The translations under genes and the position numbers were made by a program. The notes under the pieces were generated by a model. The model saw only the letters and a list, made by a program, of their open reading frames with translations. It was not told where the DNA came from and did not search any database. Shown piece after piece: positions 9,520 to 18,776 of a DNA stretch of 32,809 nucleotides (the stretch's first letter is position 1; every line of letters starts with the position of its first letter). Source of the stretch: Methyloceanibacter sp. (GTDB taxonomy: Bacteria; Pseudomonadota; Alphaproteobacteria; Rhizobiales; Methyloligellaceae); contig JARRPE010000009.1 of NCBI GenBank assembly GCA_037383205.1, positions 1 to 32,809 on the forward strand, in the 5' to 3' direction.

Positions 9520-9718
9520 ATCGACGGTTGCTCGTTTCGAGCAAACAGGGAACGCGGCATGGAGGTGCTCCAAATCCGCGGCTGCCCCCGCAACTGTAAG
9601 CGGAGAGCCCATGGGACGGTCGCAAGACCGGTCTTGGGCGCCCGAGCCATGGCCACTGGGGCAAACCCGGGAAGGCGGCGAAGGGAGAGACCCGCGAAGC
9701 CAGGAGACCTGCCGTCGA
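9520..9718 (+). ncRNA. Cobalamin riboswitch controlling DUF1636-cobW-cobN and downstream genes
   Basis: AGGGAA, GCTGCCCCCGCAACTGTAAGCGG, GCCACTG, GGGAAGG and B12 box AGCCAGGAGACCTGCC; P1 stem TCGACGG/CCGTCGA. Confidence 0.96.
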
Positions 9719-9853
9719 TCTAGTCGTCCGCCGTGCGGGGTGCCTCTGCGACGGTTGGTTCTTCGTTCGGCCCGAATCGGGGCCGCCTTGCACCCTGACT
9801 GCTGTGGCTTCCGCGTTGGATTGCCAAGTGCGCGTCGGCAAGGGATCAACAGG

Positions 9854-10273
9854 GTGACACTCCCCGAAGACACCAAAAACACCGCCGTCCCGGACGGGCC
9901 CACGGTCTATGTTTGCGTGACCTGCCGCAAGCCGGACGACGACGCCGACGGACCGCGTGCTGGTCTCCTGCTCGCAGAGGCGGCCGCCAAAGCCGCGCGG
10001 GGTACGGACGTCACGGTCCGCCACGTCGAATGCCTCGCCAATTGCCGCCGCTCGCTCAGCGCCGCGATGCGGAAGAAAGACAGCTGGACCTATATTTTCG
10101 GTGACCTGAGCGCCCCGGACGATGCGGCAGCGCTCATAGACGGCGCGGCCATGCTCGCAGAAGCAGAGGACGGTCTCCTGCCCTGGCGGGGCCGGCCCGA
10201 CGCCCTGAAGGGCGGCCTCGTCGCGCGCGTTCCACCCCTCGCACTCGGCCCCATTCCGGAGGACTTTGAATGA
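9854..10273 (+). CDS. DUF1636 family metal-binding protein
   Basis: VCVTCR and VECLANC Cys motifs, WTYIFGDL, LLPWRGRP...ARVPP; GTG start; usual neighbour of cobW. Confidence 0.88.
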   Translation: MTLPEDTKNTAVPDGPTVYVCVTCRKPDDDADGPRAGLLLAEAAAKAARGTDVTVRHVECLANCRRSLSAAMRKKDSWTYIFGDLSAPDDAAALIDGAAMLAEAEDGLLPWRGRPDALKGGLVARVPPLALGPIPEDFE

Positions 10274-11340
10274 ATTCCGTCGCCCGCGTTCCCTGCACGA
10301 TCGTGACCGGCTTCCTCGGCTCAGGCAAAACGACGCTCATCCGCCACGTGCTCGCCAACGCCAATGGGCGGCGTCTTGCTGTGATCGTCAACGAGTTCGG
10401 CGATGTCGGCATCGACGGCGAAATCCTGAAAGGGTGCGGCGACGAAAACTGCAGCGAGGAGAATATCGTCGAGCTCGCCAATGGCTGTCTGTGCTGTACG
10501 GTCGCCGACGAGTTCGTGCCGGCGCTCGACGAGATCTTGGCGGCCGAGCCGCCGGTCGACCACATCGTCATCGAAACTTCGGGCCTGGCGCTGCCGAAGC
10601 CGCTGGTCCAGGCCTTCCACTGGCCGGCCATCAAGAACCGCGTCACCGTGGACGGTGTCGTAGCAGTCGTCGACGGCGCGGCTCTCGCCGAGGGTCAAGT
10701 CTCCGCCGACCTCGAAGCGCTCTCAGCCCAACGCGCCGCGGACGATGCGCTCGATCACGACGATCCCATTGAAGAAGTGTTCGAAGACCAAATTGCCTGC
10801 GCCGATCTGATCGTCCTGAACAAGCGCGATTTGCTCGATGCCGATGGGCTCCAGCGTGCCATGAAGACGGTGACGGCCGCGCTTCCGCGCGGCATCGGCG
10901 TGGTCACTGTATCCGACGGGAAGGTCGACGCCACCGCGCTCCTCGGTCTCGGGATCGGCGCCGAAGACGATATCGAGAACCGGAAGACTCATCACGACAG
11001 CGAGGAGGATCACGACCACGACGATTTCGACACGTTCGTGATCCCCATCGGCGAAGTCACCGATCCGGCGGACATCACACAGCGCATCGCCGATTTGGCC
11101 GAAGCGCACGATGTCCTGCGCGTGAAGGGATTCGCCGCCGTAGCGGGCAAGCCGATGCGGCTGCTGATTCAGGCCGTCGGTCCGCGCGTGAACCACTATT
11201 TCGACCGCCCCTGGGCACAGGCGGAGGATCGCCAAGGCAAGGTCGTCGTGATCGGCTTGAAAGGCCTCGATCGCGAGGCCGTGGCCAACTTCCTGACCGG
11301 TGACACCTCGCGGACCGGCCAAGAAGCCGTGGCCCGGTAA
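10270..11340 (+). CDS. cobW: Cobalamin biosynthesis GTPase/metallochaperone CobW (COG0523)
   Basis: GFLGSGKTT, NEFG, NGCLCCTVAD, ETSGLALPKPL, His/Asp-rich HHDSEEDHDHDDF. Confidence 0.97.
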   Translation: MNSVARVPCTIVTGFLGSGKTTLIRHVLANANGRRLAVIVNEFGDVGIDGEILKGCGDENCSEENIVELANGCLCCTVADEFVPALDEILAAEPPVDHIVIETSGLALPKPLVQAFHWPAIKNRVTVDGVVAVVDGAALAEGQVSADLEALSAQRAADDALDHDDPIEEVFEDQIACADLIVLNKRDLLDADGLQRAMKTVTAALPRGIGVVTVSDGKVDATALLGLGIGAEDDIENRKTHHDSEEDHDHDDFDTFVIPIGEVTDPADITQRIADLAEAHDVLRVKGFAAVAGKPMRLLIQAVGPRVNHYFDRPWAQAEDRQGKVVVIGLKGLDREAVANFLTGDTSRTGQEAVAR

Positions 11341-11357
11341 CCGAGAGGACTCCTCGG

Positions 11358-14300
11358 ATGCACCTCCTGCAGACAAGCAGCGCGACGCTCGACGATATCG
11401 CCGAGCCCATCGACCTGGGCCAGACGCCCGGCGATATCGCGGTCTTGTCTTTCACGGACAGCGACCTCTCGGGTCTGGCGGCCGCCTATGCGCTGGAGCG
11501 GGCAGAGGTGCCGTCCGTGCGGCTCGCGCATCTGCGCGACCTTCGCCACCCCATGTCGACCGATCTGTGGATCGACACCGTCGCCCAGCACGCGAAGGTA
11601 ATCGTCGTCCGGCTGTTGGGCGGGCTCGACTGGTGGCGCTATGGCGTCGAGAGGCTCGCCGCCGTCGCGCGCGAGCACGGCATCGCGCTGGCCATTCTGC
11701 CGGGCGAGGACCGGGACGACCCGCGCCTGTCCGAGCATTCGACCCTGGACGACACAGAACTCCAGGCACTTCTCGCGTATTTCCGCGAGGGCGGCTCGGC
11801 AAACTTACGCGCTCTGCTGCGGCGTCTTGCGCGCCTTGGCGGCGCGGCGATCGAAGCGCCGCCGCCGAAGGCCTTCCCGCGCATGGGCGCCTACAAGCCC
11901 GGTATGGGCGTGACGGACATCGATGCGTCTTTCGCGCCGAATCCCCAGCAGGCGGGCACGGTGCCGATACTGTTCTACCGTGCCTCGCTGCTCGCCGTGG
12001 ACACCGCGCCCATCGATGCGCTGTACGGCGCGCTGGCGGCCCGCGGCCTCAATCCCGTCCCGCTCTTCGTTCCCAGCCTTAAGGCGCCGGATGCGATCGC
12101 TTTCGTGCGCGAGGCTTTCGACCGGCTCGATCCGTCGGTGATCGTGACGACGACTGCCTTTGCCGCCGGCGACGGTGTTTTCGACGGGTGCGATGCGCCG
12201 GTTCTGCAAGCGATCGTCGCCAACACGCGGCGCGAAGCCTGGGCCTCGAACCCGCGCGGCCTCGGGCCGTCCGACCTTTCCATGCATGTGGTCCTGCCGG
12301 AGCTCGACGGACGCGTCTTGGCGGGGACGCTTGGCTTCAAGGACAAGCAGGACAAGGACGAGACCTTGGGTTTCGAGGGCTTTGTCAGCCGCCCCGAACC
12401 CGATCGCATCGAGGCCGTCGCCGACAAGATCGCGAAGCTTGTCTATCTTCGCCACATGCCGCGCGGGGAAAGAAAAGTTGCCATTGTGCTCCCGGACTAT
12501 CCGGGCGCCGGCGGCCGCGCGGCCTATGCCGTGGGACTTGATGTGCCTGCGAGCGTGTTGGCTGCGTTGTCGGATCTCGAGGACGCCGGATACAGGGTTC
12601 GGGATGTGCCGGAAGATTCGCGCGCGCTACTGGCGCGCCTGACTGATCCGTCGGCGGGCTTGAGCCTGACGCTCGCAGACTACGAGCGATTTCTTGCCGC
12701 GCTTCCGGAAGGCCTCGGCGCGACGACGCGCGAGGCCTGGGGCCGGCCTGAAGACGATCCGGATTTTCGCGACGGCGCCTTCCGTTTTCAGGCGGCGCGG
12801 TTCGGCCATGTCGTCGCCGCACTTCCGCCCGACCGGGGAAAGACGACGGACCGGCGCGCCGATTACCACGATCCGGTTCTGCCGCCGCGTCATGCGTTGC
12901 TCGCTTTCGGGCTCTGGCTACAGCATGAGGTCTGCGCCGATGCGGTCATGCATCTCGGCGCCCACGGTACGCTGGAGTGGCTACCGGGGCATGCGGTTGC
13001 ACTCACGGCGGGGTGCTTCCCGGAGGCCGTGCTGGGCGCCTTGCCCGTTTTCTACCCCTTCATCGTCTCCAATCCCGGTGAAGCGGCGCAGGCCAAGCGG
13101 CGCGTCGCGGCGGTGACGATCGGCCATCTGCCGCCGCCCCTCGCCGGTACCGAGATGTCCGGCGCGGCGCTCGAACTGGAGCAGCTCGTGGACGAGTATG
13201 CGATTGCCGACGGCCTCGATACGCGGCGCCGTAACCGGCTCGCGGGGCTCATCGTCGACAAGGCAAAGGAGACGGGGCTCGCCGCCGAAGCCGGCCTTGC
13301 GCAGGGCGAGTGCGAGCAAGAGGCCTTACGCAAGATCGATACCTGGCTGTGCGATCTCAAAGACCTCGCCGTGAAGGACGGTCTGCACATCTTCGGACGG
13401 GATGCGCATACCGACGATGCCCACTGGCTGGCTTGCGCGGATGCGGAGCGCAGCGCGATCCTCGACGCCCTCGACGGCAAGCGCGTGAAGCCGGGCCCTG
13501 CCGGTGCGCCGGCGCGAGGACGGCGCGACGTCCTGCCGACCGGACGCAATCTCTACACGGCCGACCCACGGGTGCTGCCCACCCAGACCGCCATGGAGCT
13601 AGGTGCACGCGCGGCCGGGGAAATCGTTCGCGGCTACATGCAGGAGCATGGCGAGATGCCCCGCTCGCTCGTGATCGACCTCTGGGGCAGCTCGACCTTG
13701 CGGACCGGCGGCGAGGAGATCGCGCAAGGGCTGGCTCTCATGGGCTGCCGCCCCGTCTGGGATCCCGCCACCGGGCGCGTCACCGGCGTCGAGGTTCTGC
13801 CGCCCGCGTCGATGGGACGGCCGCGCGTCGACGTAACTTTTCGGATTTCGGGGCTATTCCGCGATCTCTTTCCGGCGCAGATCGCGCTGCTCGACGCCGC
13901 CGCCAAACTCGTGGCCGCGCGGGACGAGGACGCGGAAGAGAACCCGCTGGCCGCCGCGGTGAAAGAGACCGGCGCCGAGGCTCCCGAACGCATCTTCGGC
14001 AGCGCACCAGGTGCCTACGGCGCGGGGATCGAAGATCTTTTGGGGTCGGAGAGCGCCGGACCCGTCTCGGACGAGGCTTTGAGCGCGGCCTATCTCGCAG
14101 CGACATCCCATGTTTACGGCGGCGCCGAGGGAACCGGCACGGCCCGTCGCGGCGCGTTCGCCGATCGCGTGGCGGAGGCCAATCTCCTCGTGCACATCAG
14201 CGACGACCCGACGCGCGACATTCTCGAGGGCGCCGAGGACGTCGCCCATATGGGTGGATTTGCCGCGGCCGCCCGTGCGCTGGGCGCCAAGCCCGATCTC

Positions 14301-14696
14301 GTTGTGCTCGACACGACCAACCCGGACGCTCCCAGAGCACGGCCGCTATCGCAGGCGCTCGCCCGGATCGTGCGTGCCCGTGCGATCAGCCCCGCCTTTA
14401 TCGAAGGCATGATGCGCCACGGGGCGCGGGGTGCGGCCGAGTTGGCCGAGACCGTCGATCGGCTGGCCGACTTCGCCGAGATCACGGACGCGGTCTCCGA
14501 CAGCCTGTTCGATGCGATCCACGAGGCCTATCTTGGGGACGTTGCCGTGCGGGACTTCCTGATCCGCGAAATCCTGCCGGCCGCGCGCGCCATTGCGATG
14601 CGCCTCGACGACGCACGCCGCAAGGGATTGTGGCACCCCAAGCGGAACGATCTTTATACGGACGCTCTTCTGGGCTTCGCGGAGGCAGCTCAATGA
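11358..14696 (+). CDS. cobN: Cobaltochelatase large subunit
   Basis: 1112 aa; LSFTDSDL, VVLPELDGR, HLGAHGTLEWLPG, LPTGRNLY, RPRVDVTFRISGLFRD. Confidence 0.97.
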   Translation: MHLLQTSSATLDDIAEPIDLGQTPGDIAVLSFTDSDLSGLAAAYALERAEVPSVRLAHLRDLRHPMSTDLWIDTVAQHAKVIVVRLLGGLDWWRYGVERLAAVAREHGIALAILPGEDRDDPRLSEHSTLDDTELQALLAYFREGGSANLRALLRRLARLGGAAIEAPPPKAFPRMGAYKPGMGVTDIDASFAPNPQQAGTVPILFYRASLLAVDTAPIDALYGALAARGLNPVPLFVPSLKAPDAIAFVREAFDRLDPSVIVTTTAFAAGDGVFDGCDAPVLQAIVANTRREAWASNPRGLGPSDLSMHVVLPELDGRVLAGTLGFKDKQDKDETLGFEGFVSRPEPDRIEAVADKIAKLVYLRHMPRGERKVAIVLPDYPGAGGRAAYAVGLDVPASVLAALSDLEDAGYRVRDVPEDSRALLARLTDPSAGLSLTLADYERFLAALPEGLGATTREAWGRPEDDPDFRDGAFRFQAARFGHVVAALPPDRGKTTDRRADYHDPVLPPRHALLAFGLWLQHEVCADAVMHLGAHGTLEWLPGHAVALTAGCFPEAVLGALPVFYPFIVSNPGEAAQAKRRVAAVTIGHLPPPLAGTEMSGAALELEQLVDEYAIADGLDTRRRNRLAGLIVDKAKETGLAAEAGLAQGECEQEALRKIDTWLCDLKDLAVKDGLHIFGRDAHTDDAHWLACADAERSAILDALDGKRVKPGPAGAPARGRRDVLPTGRNLYTADPRVLPTQTAMELGARAAGEIVRGYMQEHGEMPRSLVIDLWGSSTLRTGGEEIAQGLALMGCRPVWDPATGRVTGVEVLPPASMGRPRVDVTFRISGLFRDLFPAQIALLDAAAKLVAARDEDAEENPLAAAVKETGAEAPERIFGSAPGAYGAGIEDLLGSESAGPVSDEALSAAYLAATSHVYGGAEGTGTARRGAFADRVAEANLLVHISDDPTRDILEGAEDVAHMGGFAAAARALGAKPDLVVLDTTNPDAPRARPLSQALARIVRARAISPAFIEGMMRHGARGAAELAETVDRLADFAEITDAVSDSLFDAIHEAYLGDVAVRDFLIREILPAARAIAMRLDDARRKGLWHPKRNDLYTDALLGFAEAAQ

Positions 14697-15913
14697 GCGA
14701 GGGACGGCGTCAAAGCGACGGCATCGAGGTGCGCCGCCCGAGAGGTGCGTGTCCGCGACTCTCCGAGCCCATGGAAACCGGCGACGGCCTGCTGGCGCGG
14801 ATGATGCTGTCAGGGCCGGTCCCGATCGACGGCTTCGCCGCCCTTTGCGCCGCCGCACGGACCCACGGCAATGGACTGATGGAGATCACGGCACGGGGCA
14901 GCCTGCAGGTGCGCGGTCTATCCGGGAGTTCCGCGCCGCGCTTTGCGGCGGCCGTCGATGCGCTCGACATTCCGTTTGACGACCATGTCCCGGTCATCGC
15001 TTCGCCGCTGCCGGCGTCGGACGGCGGCGTGTTCGATCCGCAAGCGCTGGCCGCGGAAATCCGCCAAGCGATCGCCGAGCGCGGTCTCGCGCTTGCACCT
15101 AAGATCTCCGCCGTCATCGACGATGGCGGTCCGATCTCGCTGGACGGCTTGAACGCCGATGTACGCCTCAAGTTGCAGGAATCGCCCTCCGCACCGAGGC
15201 TCCACCTTAGTCTTGGTGGCGACGCCGAGACCTCAACGCCGCTCGGCGTCGCGACACTGGAGCATGCCAGTACGGTCACCGTGGATCTTCTTGCGGCCTT
15301 GGCGAACAGTGGGGCCAATGCACGGGCGCGGGACGTCGTCGCCCGCGAAGGCCTCGGCCGGTTTATCCAAGCGGCCAGTCCGCACATCGTCCCCGAGACA
15401 CGTCGTGCCCCTGCGCGTATCACCGAAACCATCGGCCTTCATCGCTTGGCGGACGGCACCTGCGCGATCGGCGTCGCGCTGCCGTTCGGCCAAGCGCAGG
15501 CGCTCGATCTGATCGCCCTCGTCCGTATCGCCGGCGCGAACGGCGCAGAATGGGCGGCGCTGGCGCCGGAGCGGACCCTCCTTCTCGGCCCCATCGGCGA
15601 GATGACGGCGTTCGCGCTCGGGACCGCCGCCGACACGCTCGGGTTCATCGTGGACGCGCGCGATGCGCGGCGGCGCATCGCCGCCTGTGCGGGCGCCCCG
15701 GCCTGTGCATCCGGACACATCCCGTCACGCGAATTGGCGGCGCGCATCGCCGAGCGTCTCCCGCAGGGTTCGTTCGCGCTGCACATCTCCGGCTGCAGCA
15801 AGGGCTGCGCCCATCCGAGACCGGCGCCCCTGACGATAATGGGCACTGACCGGGGATGCGTCTACGGACGACCTTATCGACCGAGCTGTGAACATGATCG
15901 CCGCGGAGAATGA
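14693..15913 (+). CDS. cobG: Precorrin-3B synthase (C-terminus possibly altered)
   Basis: RGACP...METGDGLLAR, HGNGLMEITARGSLQVRG; Fe-S motifs CAGAPAC and HISGCSKGC. Confidence 0.93.
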   Translation: MSEGRRQSDGIEVRRPRGACPRLSEPMETGDGLLARMMLSGPVPIDGFAALCAAARTHGNGLMEITARGSLQVRGLSGSSAPRFAAAVDALDIPFDDHVPVIASPLPASDGGVFDPQALAAEIRQAIAERGLALAPKISAVIDDGGPISLDGLNADVRLKLQESPSAPRLHLSLGGDAETSTPLGVATLEHASTVTVDLLAALANSGANARARDVVAREGLGRFIQAASPHIVPETRRAPARITETIGLHRLADGTCAIGVALPFGQAQALDLIALVRIAGANGAEWAALAPERTLLLGPIGEMTAFALGTAADTLGFIVDARDARRRIAACAGAPACASGHIPSRELAARIAERLPQGSFALHISGCSKGCAHPRPAPLTIMGTDRGCVYGRPYRPSCEHDRRGE

Positions 15914-15915
15914 GA

Positions 15916-16548
15916 ATGCTTGATCACGATTACATCCGCGACGGCACCGCGATCTACGAACGATCCTTCGCGATCATCCGCGAAGAGTCGGACCTGTCGC
16001 GCTTCACGCCGGAACAGGCGGATGTCGCCGTGCGCATGATCCACGCGTGCGGTCAGGTCGACGCGGCGGCGTTCTTCGAATTCTCCGATGATTTCGTTCC
16101 CGCCGCGCGCGAGGCGCTGCGCAACGGCGCGCCGATCTTCTGCGATGCGCAGATGGTGGCCCATGGCGTCACGCGGGCGCGGCTGCCCGCCAACAACGAC
16201 GTCATCTGTACACTGCGGGACGAACGCACCCCCGGTCTCGCCGAAAAGCTCGGCACGACCCGCTCGGCGGCGGCACTGGAACTTTGGCGAGACCGGCTCG
16301 AGGGCGCGGTCGTTGCCATCGGCAACGCGCCGACGGCTCTGTTTCACTTGCTGAAGATGCTAGAGGCCGGCGGCCCGAAGCCTGCGGCTATACTCGGTAT
16401 CCCCGTCGGATTTGTCGGCGCGGCTGAATCCAAGGACGCGCTGGCGGAGCGGTCGGGCGGCGTTCCCTGGCTCATCGTGCGTGGGCGCATGGGCGGCAGC
16501 GCCATGACGGCCGCCGCGCTCAACGCGCTCGCGCGCGAAGGGATATGA
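15916..16548 (+). CDS. cobH: Precorrin-8X methylmutase
   Basis: YIRDGTAIYERSFAIIR, RMIHACG, TTRSAAA, GNAPTALF, PVGFVGAAESK. Confidence 0.97.
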   Translation: MLDHDYIRDGTAIYERSFAIIREESDLSRFTPEQADVAVRMIHACGQVDAAAFFEFSDDFVPAAREALRNGAPIFCDAQMVAHGVTRARLPANNDVICTLRDERTPGLAEKLGTTRSAAALELWRDRLEGAVVAIGNAPTALFHLLKMLEAGGPKPAAILGIPVGFVGAAESKDALAERSGGVPWLIVRGRMGGSAMTAAALNALAREGI

Positions 16549-16558
16549 GGATGAGGAC

Positions 16559-17290
16559 ATGAGCCGCATGACCGGCCGTTTGATCGGCGTGGGCGTCGGG
16601 CCCGGCGACCCGGAGCTGCTCACGGTAAAGGCGTTGAAGGCGCTCCAATCGGCGGACGTGGTCGCCTATTTCGCAAAGGCCGGCAAGCAAAGCAACGCGC
16701 GGCGGATCGTCGAAGGTCATCTGAACTGCGCCGAAGAGCTCCCGTTGCTCTATCCGGTCACGACCGAGATCCCCAAGGCCCATGCCGCCTACCGCGACGC
16801 CATCGCCGACTTCTACGATGTCTCGGCGGCGGCGGTTTCCTCCTATCTCGACGACGGGCGGGACGTGGCCGTGCTGTCCGAAGGCGATCCGCTGTTCTAT
16901 GGCTCGTACATGCACATCCATGTGCGGCTAAGCCAGCGCTATCCGACCGAAGTCATTCCTGGCGTCACCGGCATGTCCGGCTGCTGGTCTTCGGCCGCCG
17001 CGCCCATCACCCAAGGCGACGACGTCTTCACCGTGTTGCCGGGCACCTTGCCCGAAGTGGAGCTCGAGCGGCGGCTGGCCGACAGCGACGCCGCCGTGGT
17101 GATGAAGATCGGCCGCCACTTGCCCAAGATACGCCGTGCCTGCGAACGCGCCGGATGCCTCGACCGGGCCATCTATGTGGAGCGGGGCACAATGACGAAT
17201 TCGGCGGTGATGAAGCTCACGGACAAGCTCGATGTCGCGGCGCCTTACTTCGCCATCGTGCTCGTGCCGGGATGGGAGGAACGCCGATGA
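16559..17290 (+). CDS. cobI: Precorrin-2 C20-methyltransferase
   Basis: GVGVGPGDPELLTVKA, YPVTTE, EGDPLFYGSYMH, VERGTM. Confidence 0.96.
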   Translation: MSRMTGRLIGVGVGPGDPELLTVKALKALQSADVVAYFAKAGKQSNARRIVEGHLNCAEELPLLYPVTTEIPKAHAAYRDAIADFYDVSAAAVSSYLDDGRDVAVLSEGDPLFYGSYMHIHVRLSQRYPTEVIPGVTGMSGCWSSAAAPITQGDDVFTVLPGTLPEVELERRLADSDAAVVMKIGRHLPKIRRACERAGCLDRAIYVERGTMTNSAVMKLTDKLDVAAPYFAIVLVPGWEERR

Positions 17291-18051
17291 GCGGACGTTT
17301 GACCGTGGTAGGGCTCGGGCCCGGCGACGACCGCTTCCTCACCCCCGAGGCGCGGGAGGCGCTTGCAAGCGCCGAGGCGCTTTACGGTTATGGTCCGTAT
17401 CTCGACCGGGTGCCGGTGCGCGAGGGCCAGGCCCGCAATCCCTCCGGCAACCGCGTCGAAGGCAACCGGGCGCAGGCCGCGCTCGCCCACGCGGCGCGTG
17501 GCGCGCATGTGGCCATGGTCTCGGGCGGCGATCCGGGCGTATTCGCCATGGCGGCGGCCGTCTGCGGCGAGATCGAGGATGGCTCCGATGAGTGGCGCGC
17601 GCTCGACGTGCGCATTCTGCCGGGCGTAACCGCGATGCTTGCCGTCGCCGCCCGTGCCGGCGCGCCGCTCGGTCACGATTTCTGTGCCATCTCGCTGTCG
17701 GACAATCTGAAGCCCTGGGACCTGATCGAACGGCGGCTGGATGCCGCCGCCACGGGCGGCTTCGTGATCGCGTTTTACAATCCGATCTCCACGGCCCGCC
17801 CCTGGCAGCTCGGCCAAGCCTTTGCGCGGCTCGGCAAGCATCTCGCGCCAGAGACCCCCGTCGTGTTCGGGCGCGCCGTGGGGCGCGGCGACGAAGCCGT
17901 GATCGTCACCACGCTGGACAAAGCGGCCGAGACCCCCGCGGATATGGCGACCCTCATCATCGTCGGTTCGCCGGAAACACGCGTGATCGCCCGCGATGGA
18001 CTGCCGCCGCTCGTCTACACGCCCCGCATGGCTGCCACGGTGAGCGCATGA
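17287..18051 (+). CDS. cobJ: Precorrin-3B C17-methyltransferase
   Basis: VGLGPG, VSGGDPGVFAMA, GAPLGHDFCAISLSDNLKPW, FYNPIS, YTPR. Confidence 0.96.
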   Translation: MSGRLTVVGLGPGDDRFLTPEAREALASAEALYGYGPYLDRVPVREGQARNPSGNRVEGNRAQAALAHAARGAHVAMVSGGDPGVFAMAAAVCGEIEDGSDEWRALDVRILPGVTAMLAVAARAGAPLGHDFCAISLSDNLKPWDLIERRLDAAATGGFVIAFYNPISTARPWQLGQAFARLGKHLAPETPVVFGRAVGRGDEAVIVTTLDKAAETPADMATLIIVGSPETRVIARDGLPPLVYTPRMAATVSA

Positions 18052-18776
18052 TCGCACCACGCGAGAGCCTCGCTGACGGTGGCAACCGAAGACGCCTCGG
18101 GCAAGGCGGGGCGCTGGATCATCACGACCGGAATATGGAGCGCCCGCGCCGCGGCGATCTTGCCGTAGCTGGCCTCGCCGCCGCTGTTCTTGGAAACGAG
18201 GACCTCTATTCCGTGCTGCTCCAGCAAGAGCCGATCGTCCGCCTCGCTGAACGGCCCGCGCGCAGTCAGGTACTGGGCGCGCGGGACGGCCAGCGGCGGC
18301 TCGATGGGATCGACGCTGCGCACGAGGTAAGCGTGTTGCGGCGCGCTTTCGAACGGCGTGATGTCCTTGCGGCCAAGAGCGAGAAATGCGCGGACCGGGT
18401 CCGGTCCCAAAGCGGAAACGGCCTCGGCGACCGTCGCGACGTCGATCCAACGATCGCCCGCCACCTGATGCCAAGGCGCACGGCGCAATGCCAGGAACGG
18501 AACGCCTGTCTCTCGCGCGGCCCTGTCCGCATTCGCCGAAATTCGATCGGCATAAGGATGCGTTGCATCGATCAGTATGCCGATCTTCTCCGTTTCAACG
18601 AAGCGGGCAAGACCGTCCGAGCCGCCGAAGCCGCCAATACGCGTCGGGACGCCCTGGGCGCGCGGGCTGGCCGTACGGCCCGCGAGCGACAGGATGACCT
18701 CCGCATCGCCGCGGGCGTCGAGCGCGCCAGCCAGTTGGCGCGCCTCCGTGGTTCCACCCAGAATGAGGATCTTCAT
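18015..18776 (-). CDS. cobK: Precorrin-6A reductase
   Basis: [35 protein letters not shown]. Confidence 0.96.
   Translation of the reverse strand: MKILILGGTTEARQLAGALDARGDAEVILSLAGRTASPRAQGVPTRIGGFGGSDGLARFVETEKIGILIDATHPYADRISANADRAARETGVPFLALRRAPWHQVAGDRWIDVATVAEAVSALGPDPVRAFLALGRKDITPFESAPQHAYLVRSVDPIEPPLAVPRAQYLTARGPFSEADDRLLLEQHGIEVLVSKNSGGEASYGKIAAARALHIPVVMIQRPALPEASSVATVSEALAWCDHALTVAAMRGV

Noticed and set aside
13310-14692. Long N-terminal extension of cobG in the ORF track (867 aa)
   Set aside because: Overlaps cobN in another frame and is Arg-rich nonsense; the true start is the ATGA-coupled ATG at 14693.
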